A stretch of 64,000 nt of DNA from the human T2T-CHM13v2.0 reference genome, Homo sapiens (GCF_009914755.1 NC_060926.1); one strand, 5' to 3'; shown: positions 46,834 through 62,789, counted from the first letter of the stretch. Notes: generated from the letters alone by a model not told the origin. Translations and numbers: made by a program.

Positions 46834-47248
46834 TGTAAGGCCTCTGAGCCCAAGCTAAGCCACCATATCCCCAGTGACCTGCACATATACATCCAGATGG
46901 CCTGAAGCAACTGAAGTTCCACAGAAGTGAAAATAGCTTAACTGATGACATTCCACCATTGTGATTTGTTTCTGCCCCACGCTTTGTAATTTCTTAAGAA
47001 ATTACAAAGAAATTTCTTTGTAATTCTCCCCACCTTTGAGAATGTACTTTGTGAGATCCAACCCCTGCTCCCAAAACATTGCTCTTAACTCCACCACCTA
47101 TCCCAAAACCTATAAGAACTAATGATAATCCCACCACCCTTGCTGACTCTGTTTTCGGACTCAGCCCACCTGTACCCAGGTGAAATAAACAGCCTTGTTG
47201 CTCACACAAAGCCTGTTTGGTGGTCTCTTCACACAGACACATGAGACA
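46834..47248 (+). mobile_element. HERV-H 5' LTR (LTR7 family, probably type II/LTR7B-like)
   Basis: tgtaaggcctctgagcccaagctaagcc...aataaacagccttgttgctcacacaaagcctgtttggtggtctcttcacac. Confidence 0.93.
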
Positions 47249-47823
47249 TTTGGTGCCGAAGACCCGGGTCAGCGGGACTCCTTTGGGAGACCAGTCCCCT
47301 GTCCTCACCCTTACTCTGTGAAGAGATCCACCTACGACCTCAGGTCCTCAGACCAACCAGCCCAAGGAACAGCTCACTGATTTTAAATCGGGTAAGCAGC
47401 CTCTTTTTACTCTCTTCTCCAATCTCTCTCACTATCCCTCAACCTCTTTCTCCTTTCAATCTTGGCACCACCCTTCAATCTCTCCCTTCTCTTAATTTCA
47501 ATTCCTTTCATTTTCTGGTAGAGACAAAAGAGACACATTTTATCCGTAGACCCAAAACTCTGGCGCCGGTCACAGACTCGGGAAGGCAACCTTCCCTTGG
47601 TGTTTAATCATTGCGGGGATGCCTCCCTGATTATTCACCCATGTTCCATTGGTGTCTGATCTCCGCGGGGACACCTGCCTTGGTCATTCACTCACGTTCC
47701 CTTGGTGGCAAGTCAATTGCAGGGACGCCTGCTTTGGCTGCTCACCCACGTTGCAGCCCAGGGCTGCTCCCCACCCCGCTTGTCCGTGTCTCTACCTTTC
47801 TCTTTGAACTTGCCTCCTTCACT

Positions 47824-49070
47824 ATGGGCAACCTTCCACCCTCCACTCCTCCTTCTTCTCCCTTAGCCTGTGTTCTCAAGAACTTAAAACCTCGTCAACT
47901 CTCGCCTGACCTAAAATCTAAGTGTCTTATTTTCTTCTGCAATACTGCTTAGCCCCAATACAAACTCGATAGTAGTTCCAAGTGGCCAGAGAATGGCACT
48001 TTCGATTTGTCTGTCCTACAAGATCTAGATAATTTTTGTGGTAAAATGGGCAAATGGTCTCAGGTGCCTGACGTCTAGGCATTCTTTTACACATTGGTCC
48101 CTCCCTAGTCTCTGCTCCCAATGAGACTTGTCCCAAATCTTTCTTCTTTCTCTCCTGTCTGTTCCTTCAGTCTCCACCCCAAGCTCTGGGTCCTTTGAAT
48201 CCTCCTTTTCTACAGACTCATCTGACCTCCCTTTCTCCCCAGGCTGCTCCTCGCCAGGCCAAGCCAGGTCCCAATTCTTCCTCAGCCTCTGCGCACCCAC
48301 CCCACAATCTTTTTATCACCTCCCCTCCTCACCCGGTCTGGCTTACAGTTTTGTTCCGCGACTAGCCCTCCCCCACCTGCCCAGCAATTTCCTCTGAGAG
48401 AGGTGGCTGGAGCTAAAGGCATAGTCAAGGTTAATGCTCCTTTTCTCTTTATCCGACCTCTCCCAAATCAGCTAGGATTTAGGCTCTTTTTCATCAAATA
48501 TAAAAACCCAGCCCAGTCCATGGCCCATTTGGCAACAACCCTTAGACATTTTACTGCCCTAGACCCATAGGGGTCAGAAGGCCGTCTTATTCTCAGTATG
48601 CATTTTATTTTATTACCCAATCTGCTCCCGACATTAACTAAAGCTCCCAAAATTAAATTCCGGCCCTCAGACCCCACAACGGGACTTAATTAACCTCACC
48701 TCCAAGGTGTACAATAATAGAGTAGAGGCAGCCAAGTAGCAATGTATTTCTAAGTTGCAATTCCTTGCCTCCACTGTGAGACAAACCCCAGCCACAGCTC
48801 CAGCACACAAGAACTCCAAACGCCTGAACCACAGCTGCCAGGGGTTCCTCCAGAACCCCCTCCCCCAGAAGCAAGTGCTGGAAATCTGGCCACTGGGCCA
48901 AGGAATGCCCGCAGCCCAGAATTCCTCGTAAGCCATGTCCCATCTGTGTGGGACCCCACAGAAAATTGGACTGTTCAACTCGCCTGGCAGCCATTCTTCC
49001 GGGAACTCTGGCCCAAGGTTCTCTGACTGACTCCTTCCCGGATCTTCTCATCTTAGCGGCTGAAGACTGA
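47824..49070 (+). pseudogene. HERV-H gag remnant
   Basis: MGNLPPSTPPSSPLACVLKNLKP start with early stop at ~47950; zinc-knuckle remnants CWKSGHWAKEC and CPICVGPH at ~48875-48975. Confidence 0.8.
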
Positions 49071-49106
49071 TGCTGCCTGATCGCCTCAGAAGCCTCCGGG
49101 ACCATC

Positions 49107-51740
49107 GTGGATGCCGAGCTTCTGGTAACTCTTACAGTGGAGGGTAAGTCCGTCCCCTTCTTAATCAACATGGAGGCTACTCACTCCACATTACCTTATT
49201 TTCAAGGGCCTGTTTCCCTGGCCTCCAAAACTGTTGTAAGTATTGACGGCCAGACTCCTAAACCTCTTAAAACTCCCCAACTCTGGTGCCAACTTGGACA
49301 ATATTCTTTTATACACTCCTTTTAGTTATCCCCACCTGCCCAGTTCCCTTATTAGGCTGAGACATTTTAACCAAATTATCTGCTTCCCTGATTATTCCTG
49401 GGCTACAGCCACACCTCAATTGCCATCTTTTGCCCCAATTCAAAGCCTTCTTCACATCCTCTCCTTATATCTCCCCACCTTAATCCACAAGTACAGCATA
49501 CCTCTACTCCCTCCTTGGTGACAGATGATGCACCCCTTACCGTCCCATTAAAACCTAATCACCCTTACCCCACTCAATGCCAATATCCCATCCCACAGCA
49601 CACTTTAAAAGGATTAAAGCCTGTTATCACTTGCCTATTACAGCATGGCCTTTTAAAGCCTATAAACTCTCCTTACAATTCCCCCATTTTACCTGTCCAA
49701 AAACCGGACAAGCCTTACAGATTAGTACAGGATCTGCACCTTAACAACCAAATTGTCTTGCCTATCACCCCATGGTGCCAAAGCCATATACTCTCCTATC
49801 CTCAATACCTCCCTCCACAACCCCTCCATAACCCATTATTCTGTTCTGGATCTCAAACATGCTTTCTTTAGTATTCCTTTGCACCCTTCATCCCAGCCTC
49901 TTTTTGCTTTCACTTGGACTGACCCTGACACCCATCAGGCTCAGCAAATTACCTGGGCTGTACTGCTGCAAGGCTTCACGGACAGCCCCCATTACTTCAG
50001 TCAAGCCCAAATTTCTTCCTCATCCATTACCTATCTCAACATAATTCTGCATGAAAACACACGTGCTCTCCCTGCTGATTGTGTCCGGCTAATCTCCCAA
50101 ACCCCAACCCCTTCTACAAAACAACTCCTCTCCTTCCTGGGCATGGTTAGGTACTTCCGCGTTTGGATACCTAGTTTTACCATCCTGACTGAACCATTAT
50201 ATAAACTCACAAAAGCAAACCTAGTTGACCACACAGATCCTAAATCCTTTCCCCACTCCCCTTTCCATTCCTTAAAAAACAGCCCTAAAAGTTGCTCCCA
50301 CACTGGCTCTCCCTAACTCATCACTCCGTTTTCATTACACACAGCTGAAGCGCAGGGCTGTGCGGTCGGAGTTCTTACACAAGAGCCAGGACCGCTCCCT
50401 GTAGGCTTTCTGTCCAAACAACTTGACCTTACTGTTTTAGCCTAGCCCTCATGTCTGCGTGTGGCAGCTGCCACTGCCTTAATACTTTTGGAGGCCCTCC
50501 AAATCACAAACCGTGCTCAACTCACTCTCTACAGCTCTCATAACTTTCAAAATCTATTTTCTTCCTCACACCTGACACATATACTTTCTGCTCCCCAATT
50601 CCTTCAGCTATACTCACTCTTTGTTGAGTCTCCCACAATTACCATTGTTCCTGGCCTGGACTTCAATCTGGCCTTCCACATTATTCTGGATACCACACCT
50701 GACCCCCATGACTGTATCTCTCTGATCCACCTGACATTCACTCCATTTCTCCTTATTTCCTTCTTTCGTGTTCGTTACCCTGATCACACTTGGCTTATTG
50801 ATGGCAGTTCCATCAAGCCTAATCACCACTCACCAGCAAAGGCAGGCTATGCTATAGTATCTTCCACATCTATCATTGAGGCTACTGCTCTGCCCCCCTC
50901 CACTACCTCTCAGCAAGTCAAACTCATTGCCTTAATTCGGGTCCTCACTCTTGTAAAGGGACTACTCATCAATATTTATGCTGACCCCATATCCTGCACC
51001 ACCATGCTGCTTTATGAGCTGAAAGTTTTCCTCACTACACAAGGGTCCTCCATCATTAATGCCTCTTTAATAAAAACTCTTCTCAAGGCTGCTTTACTTC
51101 CAAAGACAGCTAGAATTATTCACTGCAAAGGCCATCAAAAGGCATCAGATCCCATCACTCAGGACAATGCTTATGCTCATAAGGTAGCTAAAAAAGCAGC
51201 TAGCGTTCCAACTTCTATCCCTCACGGCAGTTTTTCTCCTCATCTAGTCACTCCCACCTACTCCCCAACTGAAACTTCCACCTATCAATCTCTTCCCACA
51301 CAAAGCAAATGGTTCTTGTACCAAGGAAAATATCTCCTTCCAGCCTCACAGGCCCATTCTATTCTGTCATTTCATAACCTCTTCCATGTAGGTTACAAGC
51401 CGCTGGTCCGCCTCTTAGAACCTCTCATTTCCTTTCCATCGTGGAAATCTATCCTCAAGGAAATCACTTCTCAGTGTTCCATCTGCTATTCTACTACTCA
51501 GGGATTGTTCAGGCCCCCTCTCTTCCCTACACATCAAGCTTGGGGATTTGCCCCCACCCAGGACTGGCAAATTGACTTTACTCAACATGCCTCGAGTCAG
51601 GAAATTAAAATACCTCTTGGTATGGGTAGACACTTTCACTGGGTGGGTAGAGGCCTTTCTCACAGGGTCTGAGAAGGCCACCATGGTCATTTCCTCCCTT
51701 CTGTCAGACATAATTCCTCGGTTTGGCCTTCCCACCTCAG
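49107..51740 (+). pseudogene. HERV-H pro-pol remnant
   Basis: Protease-like LVTLTVEGKSVPFLI; RT SPYNSPILPVQKP..YRLVQDL and YSVLDLKHAFF, with the YxDD segment absent; RNase H WLIDGSS; integrase WQIDFT / [14 protein letters not shown]; frameshifts throughout. Confidence 0.88.
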
Positions 51741-51860
51741 TTTCTGAGGCTCTTGGTATTTAGTGGCTCCTGGTTTTACCTCAAATCGCCACCCTTAAGT
51801 CTATCTAGAAGTGGATAGAAGATCTTCAGTGATAAAGTACCCTCCAATACTTTCACCCTG

Positions 51861-52330
51861 ATGAAGTCCTATTCTTTACTTTTATACTTACTCTTATTCT
51901 CGTTCCCATTCTTATGCCACCCTCTACCTCTCCCCAGCTATCTCCACCACACTATCAATCTCAGTCACTCTCTCCTAGCCCTTTCTAATCCTTCTTTAAC
52001 AAACAATTGCTGGCTTTGCATTTCTCTTTCCTCCAAATTCGAGGAGGCCCTAACTTACTCACTGCTAAAAAAAAAAAAAAAAAAAAAAAAAAGGTAGGGG
52101 GGACTCTGTATATTTTTAAATGAAGAAGGTTGTTTTTACCTAAATCAATCTGGCCTGGTCTATGACAACATAAAAAAACTCAAGGATAGAGCCCAAAAAC
52201 ATGCCAACCAAGCAAATAATTATGCCGAACCCCCTTTGACACTCTGTAATTGGTTGTCCTGGGTACTCCCAATTCTTAGTCCTTTCATACCTGTTTTTCT
52301 CCTTCTTTTATTCGGACCTTGTGTCTTCCA
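51861..52330 (+). pseudogene. HERV-H env remnant (SU start fused to TM end)
   Basis: Signal-peptide-like segment and CWLC motif, jumping to GGLCIFLNEE.CFYLNQSGLVYDNIKKLKDRAQK. Confidence 0.75.
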
Positions 52331-52565
52331 AATAAGAGAATAACAATGCTCCTTCTAACAACCCCACAATATCACTCCTTACCCCAAAATCCTTCTTCAG
52401 TTGAATATCTCCCCCTGTAAGTTCCCACGCCACCCCAATCCCGCTCGAAGCAGCCCTGAGAAACATCACCCATTATCTCTCCATACCACCCCCAAAAATT
52501 TTCACCGCCCTAACACTTTACCACTATTTTGTTTTATTTTTCTTATTAATATAAGAAGACAGGAA

Positions 52566-52994
52566 TGTCAGGCCTCTGAGCCCAAGCTAAGCCATCATAT
52601 CCCCAGTAACCTGCATATATACATCCAGATGTCCTGAAGCAACTGAAGTTCCACAGAAGTGAAAATAGCTTAACTGATGACATTCCACCATTGTGATTTG
52701 TTTCTGCCCCACCCTAACTGATCAATGTTCTTTATAATCTCCCCCACTCTTAAGAAATTTCTTTGTAATTCTCCCCACCCTTGAGAATGTACTTTGTGAG
52801 ATCCACCCCCTGCTCCCAAAACATTGCTCTTAACTCCACCGCCTATCCCAAAACCTATAAGAACTAATGATAATCCCACCACCCTTGCTGACTCTCCTTC
52901 GGACTCAGCCCACCTGCACCCCGGTGAAATAAACAGCCTTGTTGCTCACACAAAGCCTGTTTGGTGGTCTCTTCACACAGACTTGCGTGAGACA
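52566..52994 (+). mobile_element. HERV-H 3' LTR
   Basis: tgtcaggcctctgagccc...gtgagaca; roughly 95-96% identical to the 5' LTR by hand count, outside one rearranged segment. Confidence 0.93.
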
Positions 52995-54319
52995 ACCCTC
53001 ACTGGGGAACCAGAAGGTCTAGATCACAGGAGGAGATTCTGACATTAACTGCAGCTGAGTCAATTTAGAGAGCTGAGTGAAATACAGGGGTAGAGGAAGC
53101 AGCGGGATAAGCCCTGTGGGCTCTCTGGGTCTCCGGGGAAGCCATTTCTGCCTTGCCTCACAGGAGTCCTTGGGGAGGGCTGCCAGAGGAACTGGGAAAA
53201 GACCACAGGGAAAAGGAAACCTCCAGCTGAACTGTGTAACAATTCCAACAGAATGCAAAATCTCCTGGCCAGAACTCCGGGGAGGGAGTGATTCTGGTGT
53301 GCAGACTCCAAAAGCAGGCAGACACGAAAGCCCTGCTTGCTTTTGCAGCTGGGAGACTGGTAGCCTGCAGCAAGTTCTCAGCCCTGCTCGCCCACTGCTG
53401 GAAACAGACTTGGTGCTGTTGGGAGTCGGGGGAAAGGTGGGAGTGAGACCAGCCTTTTGGGTTGCATGGGAGCTGGGTGAGGCCTGTGACTGCCAGCTTT
53501 CTCCCACTTCCCTGACAACCGGCATGACACAGCAGAGGCAGACATAATCCTCCTGGGAACATTACTCCATTGACTTGGGAACCACACTCCCATCCCCCAA
53601 AGCAGCCGCAGCCAAGACCTGCCCAAAGACAGTCTGAACTCAGACACTTCTAGCCCTTCCCCGACCTGATGGTCCTTCCCTATGTACCCTGCTAGCTGAA
53701 GACAAAGGGCATATACTCTTGGGAGTTCTAGGCCCCTACCCACCACCTGATCCTCCCTATAATACCACAGCTGATGCTCTCTTGAAAGCACCACCTCCCG
53801 GCAGGAGACCAACCAACACAAAAATAGAGCATTAAACAACCAAAAATAAGGACCCTCACAGAGTCCATTTCACTCCCCTGCCACCTCCACCAGAACAGGT
53901 GCTGGTATCCACGGCTGAGAGACCCACAGACGGTTCACATCACAGGACTCTGTGCAGACAACCCCCAGTACCAGCCCAGAGCCTGGCAGACCTGCTGAAG
54001 AGCTAGATCCAGAAGAGAGATAATAATCATTACAGCTCAGCTTTCAGGAAGCCATATCCATAGGAAAAGGGCAAGTACTACATTAAGGGAACACCCCATG
54101 GGACAAAAGAATCTGAACAGCAGCTTTGAGCCCTAGACCTTTCCTCTGACATAGACTATCCAAATGAGAAGGAACCAGAAAAACAATTCTGGTAATATGA
54201 CAAAGCAAGGCTCTTTAACAGCCCCAAAAAATGACACTAGCTCACCAGCAATGAATCCAAACCAAGAAGAAATCTATGATTTGCCTAAAAAAGAATTCAG
54301 AAAATCAGTCATTAAACTA

Positions 54320-55066
<747 letters not shown>

Positions 55067-58000
55067 TCAGGAAATAATGGACGCACTTAGAGAAATGCAA
55101 AATGTTCTGGAAAGTCTCAGCAATAGAATTGAACAAGCAGAAGAAAGAACTTCAGAGCCCAAATATAAGATTTTCAAATTACCCCAATCCAACAAAGACA
55201 AAGAAAAAAGAAGAAGAAAAAATGAACAAAGCCTCCAAGAAATTTGGGATTATGTTAAGTGACCAAACCTAAGAATAATTGGCATTCCCGAGGAAGAAGA
55301 GAAATCTAAAAGTTTGGAAAACATATTTGGGGGATTGAGGAAAACTTCCCTGGCCTTGCTAGAGACCTAGACATCCAAATACAAGAAGGTCAAAGAACAT
55401 CTGGGAAATTCATTGCAAAAAGATCATCACCTAGGCACGTTGTCATTAGGTTATCTAAAGTTAAGACGAAGGAAAGAATCTTAAGACCTGTGAAACAGAA
55501 ACACCAGGTAACCTATAAAGAAACACCTATCAGATGAACAGCACATTTCTCAGCAGAAACCCTACAAGCTAGAAGGAACTGGGGCTCTATCTTCAGCCTC
55601 CTTAAATAAAACAATTATCAGCCAAGAATTTTGTATCCAGTGAAACTAAGCTTCATAGATTAAGGAAAGATAGTCTTTTTCAGACAAACAAACGCTGAGA
55701 GAATTCGCCACTATTAAGCTAGCACTACAAAAACTGCTAAAAGGAGCTCTAAATCTTGAAACAAATCCTGGAAATACATCAAAACAGAACCTCTTATAGC
55801 GTAAGTCCCATAGGATCTATAAAACAAAAATACAATTAAAAAAGAGGCATACAGGAAACAAGTAGCACAATGAATGGAATAGTACCTCACATCTCAATAC
55901 TAACACTGAATGTAAATGGCCTAAATGCTCCACTTAAAAGATACAGAATTGCAGAATGGATAAGAATTCACCAACCAACTATCTGCTACCTTCATGAAAC
56001 TCACCTAACACAGAAGTATTCACATAAACTTAAGGTAAAGGAGTGGAAAAAGACATTCCATGCAAATGGACACCAAAAGCAAGCAGAAGTAGCTATTCTT
56101 ATATCAGACAAAACAAAGTTTAAAGCAACAGCAGTTAAAAGACAAAGAGGGACATTATATAATGATAAAACGCCTTGTCAAACAGGAAAATATCACAATC
56201 CTAAACATATATGCACCTAACACTGGAGCTCCCAAATTTATAAAACAATTACTACTAGATCTAAGAAATGAGATGGACAGCAACACAATAATAGTGGGGG
56301 ACTTCAATACTCCACTGACAACACTAGACAGGTCATCAAGACAGAAAGTCAACAAAGAAGCAATGGATTTAAACCCTTAAACAAATGGACTTAACAGCTA
56401 TTTACAGAACATTCTACCCAACAACCGCAAAGTATACATTCTATTCATCAGCACATGGAACTTTCTTCAAGATAAACCATATGATAAGCCATAAAACAAG
56501 TCTCAATAAATTTAAGTAAATTGAAATTATATCAAGTACTCTCTCAGACCACAGTGAGATAAAACTGGAAATCAACTCCAAAAGGAACATTCAAAACCAT
56601 GCAAATCCATGGAAATTAAATAACCTGCTCCTGAATGATCACTGGGTCAACAATGAAATCAAGAAGGAAATTAAAAAATTATTCTAACTGCACAACAGTG
56701 GTGACACAACATATCAAAACCTCTGGGAAACAGCAAAGGCAGTGCTAACAGGAAAGTTCATAGCCCTAAATGCCTACATCAAAAAGTCTGAAAGAGCACA
56801 AATAGACTACCTAAGGTCACACCTCAAGAAACTAGAGAAACAAGAACAAACCAAACCCAAACCCAGCAGAAGAAAGGAAATAACCAAGATCAGAGCAGAA
56901 CTAAATGAAACTGAAACAACAACAACAAAATACAAAAGATAAATGAAACACAAAGCTGGTTCTTTGAAAATATAAGTAAAATTGGTAGACCATTAACAAG
57001 ATTAACCAAGAAAAGAGGAGAGAAAATCCAAATAAGCTCAATTAGAAACAAAATGGGAGATATTACAACTGACACCACTGAAATACAAAAGATCATTCAA
57101 AGCTACTATGAAGACATTTATGTGCATAAACTAGAAAACCTAGAGGAGATAGATAAATTCCTGGAAAGATACAACCCTCCTAATTTAAATCAGGAAGAAT
57201 TAGATACCCTGAACAGACCAATAACAAGCAATGAGATTGAACTGGTAATAAAAAAAGATACCAAAAAAAAAGTGCAAGACCAGATAGAGTCATAGCTGAA
57301 TTCTACCAGACATTCAAAGAAGAACTGGTAACAACCCTATTGACACTATTGCACAAGACAGAGAAAGAGGGAATCCTCTCTAAATCATTCTATGAAGCCA
57401 GTCTCACCCTAATACCAAAACCAGGAAACGATATAACCAAAAAAGAAAATTACAAACCAATATTCCTGATGAACATAGATACAAAAATCTTAACAAAATA
57501 CTAGCTAACCAAATCCAACAACATATCAAAAAGATAATCCACCATGATCAAGTGGGTTTCATACCAAGGATGCAGGGATGGTTTGACATACACAAGTCAA
57601 TAAATATGATACAACACATAAACAGAATTTAAAACAAAAATAACATGATCATCTCAATAGATGCAGAAAAAGTATTTGATAAAATCCAGCATCACTTTAT
57701 GATTAAAACTCTCAGCAAAATTGGGCATACAAGGGGCATACCTCAATGTAATAAAAGCTATCTATGACAAAACCACCGCCAACATAATACTAAATGGAGA
57801 AAAGTTGAAAGCCTTCCCTCTGAGAACTGGAATGAGACAAGGATGCCCACTCTCACCACTCCCCTTTAACATAGTACTGGAAATCCTAGCCAGAGCAATC
57901 AGACAAGAGAAAGAAATAAAAGGCATCCAAATCCATAAAGAGAAACTCAAACTGTCACTGTTGGCTGATGATATGATTGTATACCTAGAAAACTCTAAAG

Positions 58001-58791
58001 ACTCCTCCAAAAAGCTCCAAGAACTGATAAAAGAATTCAGCAAAGTTTCAGGATACAAAATTAATATACAAATCAGTAGCTCTCTTATACACCAACAGAA
58101 ACCAAGCTGAGAATCAAATAAAGAACTCAATTCTTTTTAAAACAGTTACAAAAAATTAAAATACTTAGGAATATACCTAACCAAAAAGGTGAAAGAACTC
58201 TGCAGGGAAAACTACAAAACACTGCTGAAAGAAATCATAGACAACACAAACAAATAGAAACACATCCCACGCTCATGGATGGGTAGAATCAATATTCTGA
58301 AAATAACCACACTGCCAAAAGCAATCTACATACAAATTCAATGCAATTCCCATCAAAATACCACCATCATTCTTCACAGAACCAGAAAAACGATCCTAAA
58401 ATTCATATGAAAACAAAAAAGCACCTGCATAGCCAAAACAAGACTAAGCAAAAAGAACAAATCTGGAGGCATCATATTACCTGACTTCAAACTATATTAT
58501 AAGGTCATAGTCACCAAAACAGCATGGTACTGGTATAAAAATAGGCACATAGACCAATGAAACAGAATACAGAACCCAGAAATAAACCCAAATACTTACA
58601 GCCAACTGATCTTCAACAAAGCAAACAAAAACATAAAGTGGGGAAAGCACCATTCAACAAATGGTGCTGGGATAACTAGCTAGCCACATGTAGGAGAAAG
58701 AAACTGGATCCTCATCTCTCACCTTATGCAAAAATCAACTCAAGATGGATCAAAAACTTAAATCTAAGACCTAAAACTATAAAAATTCTAG

Positions 58792-59098
<307 letters not shown>

Positions 59099-60229
59099 CT
59101 AGAAGATAACATTGGAAAAACCCTTCTAGACATTGGCTTAGGCAAGGATTTTGTGACCAAGAAAACAAAAGCAAATGCAGTAAAAACAAAGATAAATAGC
59201 TAGGACCTAATTAAACTAAAGAGCTTTTGCATGGCAGAAGGAACAGTCATCAGACTAAACAGACAACCCACAGTGTGAGAGAAAATCTTCACAATCATGA
59301 TACATCCAACAAAGGACTAATATCCAGAATCTACAAAGAACTCAGACAAATTAGCAAGAAAAAAAAAAATCCCATCAAAAAGTGGGCTAAGGACATGAAT
59401 AGACAAATTCTCAAAAGAAGATAGATCAATGGCCAATAAACATATGAAAAAATGCTCAACATCACTAATGATCAGGGAAATGCAAATCAAAACCACAGTG
59501 TGATACCACCTTACTCCTGCAAAAATGGCCATAATTTAAAAATAAAAAAAAATAGATGTTGGCATGGATGCGGTAAAAAGGGAACACTTTCACACTGCTG
59601 GTGGAAATGTAAACTAGTGCAAGCATTATGGAAAACAGTGTGGAGATTCCTTAAAGAACTAAAAGTAGAACTACCATTTGACCCAGCAATCCCAATACTG
59701 GGTATCTACCCAGAGGAAAAGAAGTCATTATATGAAAAAGATACTTACACACACAAGTTTATGGCAGCACAATTTGCAATTGCAAAAATATGGAACCAAC
59801 CAGTATGCCCATCAATCAACGAGTGGATAAAGAAACTGTGGTGTATATATATAATAGAATACTACTCAGCCATAAAAAGGAATGAATTAATGGCTTTTGC
59901 AGCAACCTGGATGGGATTGGAGACTATTATTCTAAGTGAGGTAACTCAGGAATGGAAAACCAAATACCATACGTTCTCCCTCAAAAGTGGGAGCTAAACT
60001 ATGAGGATGCAAAGGCATAAGAATGACACAGTGGACTTTGGGAACTCAAGTGGAAGGGGTGGGACAGGGTGAGGGATAAAAGACTACAAATTGGGTTCAG
60101 TGTATACTTCTTGGGTGATGGGTGCACCAAAATCTCACAAATCGCCACTAAAGAACTTACTTATGTAACCAAATACCACTTGTTCCCCAAAAACTGATGG
60201 AAATAATTTTTTTTAAAAAAAATCATTCT

Positions 60230-60710
60230 TGTAGAGTAATAAATGAGCCAGGGGGAAAATAAATGCAGAATAATCAGATGATGACAACTGAATTAAGGTA
60301 AGGGCTAAGGAAACAAAGAAGAAAGGGTAAATTCCAGAAATATTTAGGGAGTTGAATTAGTAGGACTTAGTAATCAATTGGAGCTTGTCAGGCTATGAGT
60401 TCTGTTAAGGACATAGGATTGATATCTTGTCACAGTTATATCTTCCAGTACAATATATCCAGGTTTATGATTAATTAATGGATAAATGAAAAAAAAAAGA
60501 AGTCCAAGGTTACTTCCAGTTTTTAGTGTGGACATCTAATGTTACTGATACTCTTACTACTGTATGGACATGAGCAGAGGAGCAGGCTTGGAAAGAGAAA
60601 GATAAGTTCTATTTAGCAAATAGTGAATTTGTGGCATCTGCTGGATAGCCAAGTGGAGATGTCTAATAGGCTTGGATTATGAGTCCAAAACTTGACAAAA
60701 GAGGTTGTAT
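60230..60710 (-). mobile_element. L2 fragment
   Basis: taggacttagtaatcaattgg; agtccaaggttacttccag; ccaagtggagatgtctaatagg. Confidence 0.55.
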
Positions 60711-60761
60711 ACAAGTGTCAGTTAATACTCTACAAAATAACTTAAAAAATTAGAGACTCCA

Positions 60762-61057
60762 GGCCGGGCACAGTGGCTCACGCCTGTAATTCCAGCACTT
60801 TGGGAGGCTGAGGCAGGCAGATCACGAGGTCAGGAGTTCGAGACCAACCTGACCAACATGGTGAAACCCTGTCTCTACTAAAAATACAAAACTTAGCTGA
60901 GCGTGGTGGTGTGTGTCTGTAATCCCAGCTACTCAAGAGGCTGAGGCAGGAGAATCACCTGAACCCAGGAGGCGGAGGTTGCAGTGAACCGAGATCACGC
61001 CACTGCACTCCAGCCTGGGCGACAGAGCGAGACTCCCATCTCAAAAAAAAAAAAAAA
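60762..61057 (+). mobile_element. AluSg-like
   Basis: TSD aaaaattagagactcca. Confidence 0.92.
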
Positions 61058-61225
61058 TTAGAGACTCCATTTCCCTGATTCTCATAGGAAAAAAAAAAAA
61101 AATCAGTGAGACTATGTAGAAGGGCAAGAAAAGTGACTCATGAACACAATCCCGGAGAATATGAATGTTATTGAGTAAATAGAGATAGAAGAGCCCTAAA
61201 AGAAGACTAAGAAATAACAAACAGG

Positions 61226-61551
<326 letters not shown>

Positions 61552-62312
61552 TTAGGCACCACCACCACCACTACTAGTACAAATAGTAGTAATGCTAATT
61601 ATAATAGCAACAATAATCACAACAGTAACAGCAGCAGTAACAATGATGGTAGCTGTGGTTAAGATGAATAACTATATACCAGAAAATACACCAAGGACTT
61701 GACAATGATTATCTGATTTGCTCCTGAAAACCATGATGTAAAGTAGATTTTCTTATCTTCATTTCACGGATAGGAAAAGTAAGGGATGGTGAGTACATTG
61801 CCCCATGTTGTATAATCAGTAAGTGGCAGAGCTTGGATTCCAAACTCTGAAATCCAAGTAACTACTATATTGTGGTGTCATTTATTCTTTGGAGATGATG
61901 AATTCTAAGGCTCTTATTCTTCTTTCAAAATAAGGTCTTATTATTAGATCTTACACCGAATACTCTGATGATGAAATGCACCTACTGAATATCTAGGTAA
62001 ACGTAAAATGCCACTTTAAATACATTGCCATTATTTTTGCTATAAATTATATGTATATGCCACAATACATTGCTATTCTTTTGGCTTCAAATATATTTAA
62101 GTATAGGTAAAATATGTTTAATGCAAAAGAATAACAACATATTATAGAAGTAGCATATATGGCAACAAGAACACAAAAGACCAGAGTAAATGGAGTTATA
62201 TGGTTATATAAGGCTTACATTATTTACTTAATAGTAAAACAGTATTTGTAGTTTGTGATAAGTTAAAGATCAACATTGTAATCTCTAGAATACCCACTAA
62301 AAAATAACACTA

Positions 62313-62772
<460 letters not shown>

Positions 62773-62789
62773 TTAAAAACAACCAAATG

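Larger units (their letters stand above)
46834..52994 (+). mobile_element. HERV-H provirus (LTR7-int-LTR7) with defective gag/pro/pol and largely deleted env
   Basis: Paired LTRs; 5-bp TSD accct (46829-46833 / 52995-52999); PBS 47251-47268; PPT 52551-52565; splice donor CGG|GTAAGC at 47391/47392. Confidence 0.96.

Noticed and set aside
50461-51672. 403-aa ORF, the longest in the window
   Set aside because: GTG-started fragment of HERV-H pol (RNase H to integrase start) with internal deletions and a frameshift; not a new gene
52066-52092. Long poly-A inside HERV-H env, possibly a retro-insertion tail
   Set aside because: No TSD or inserted body; an expansion of a native A-run in the TM-coding region
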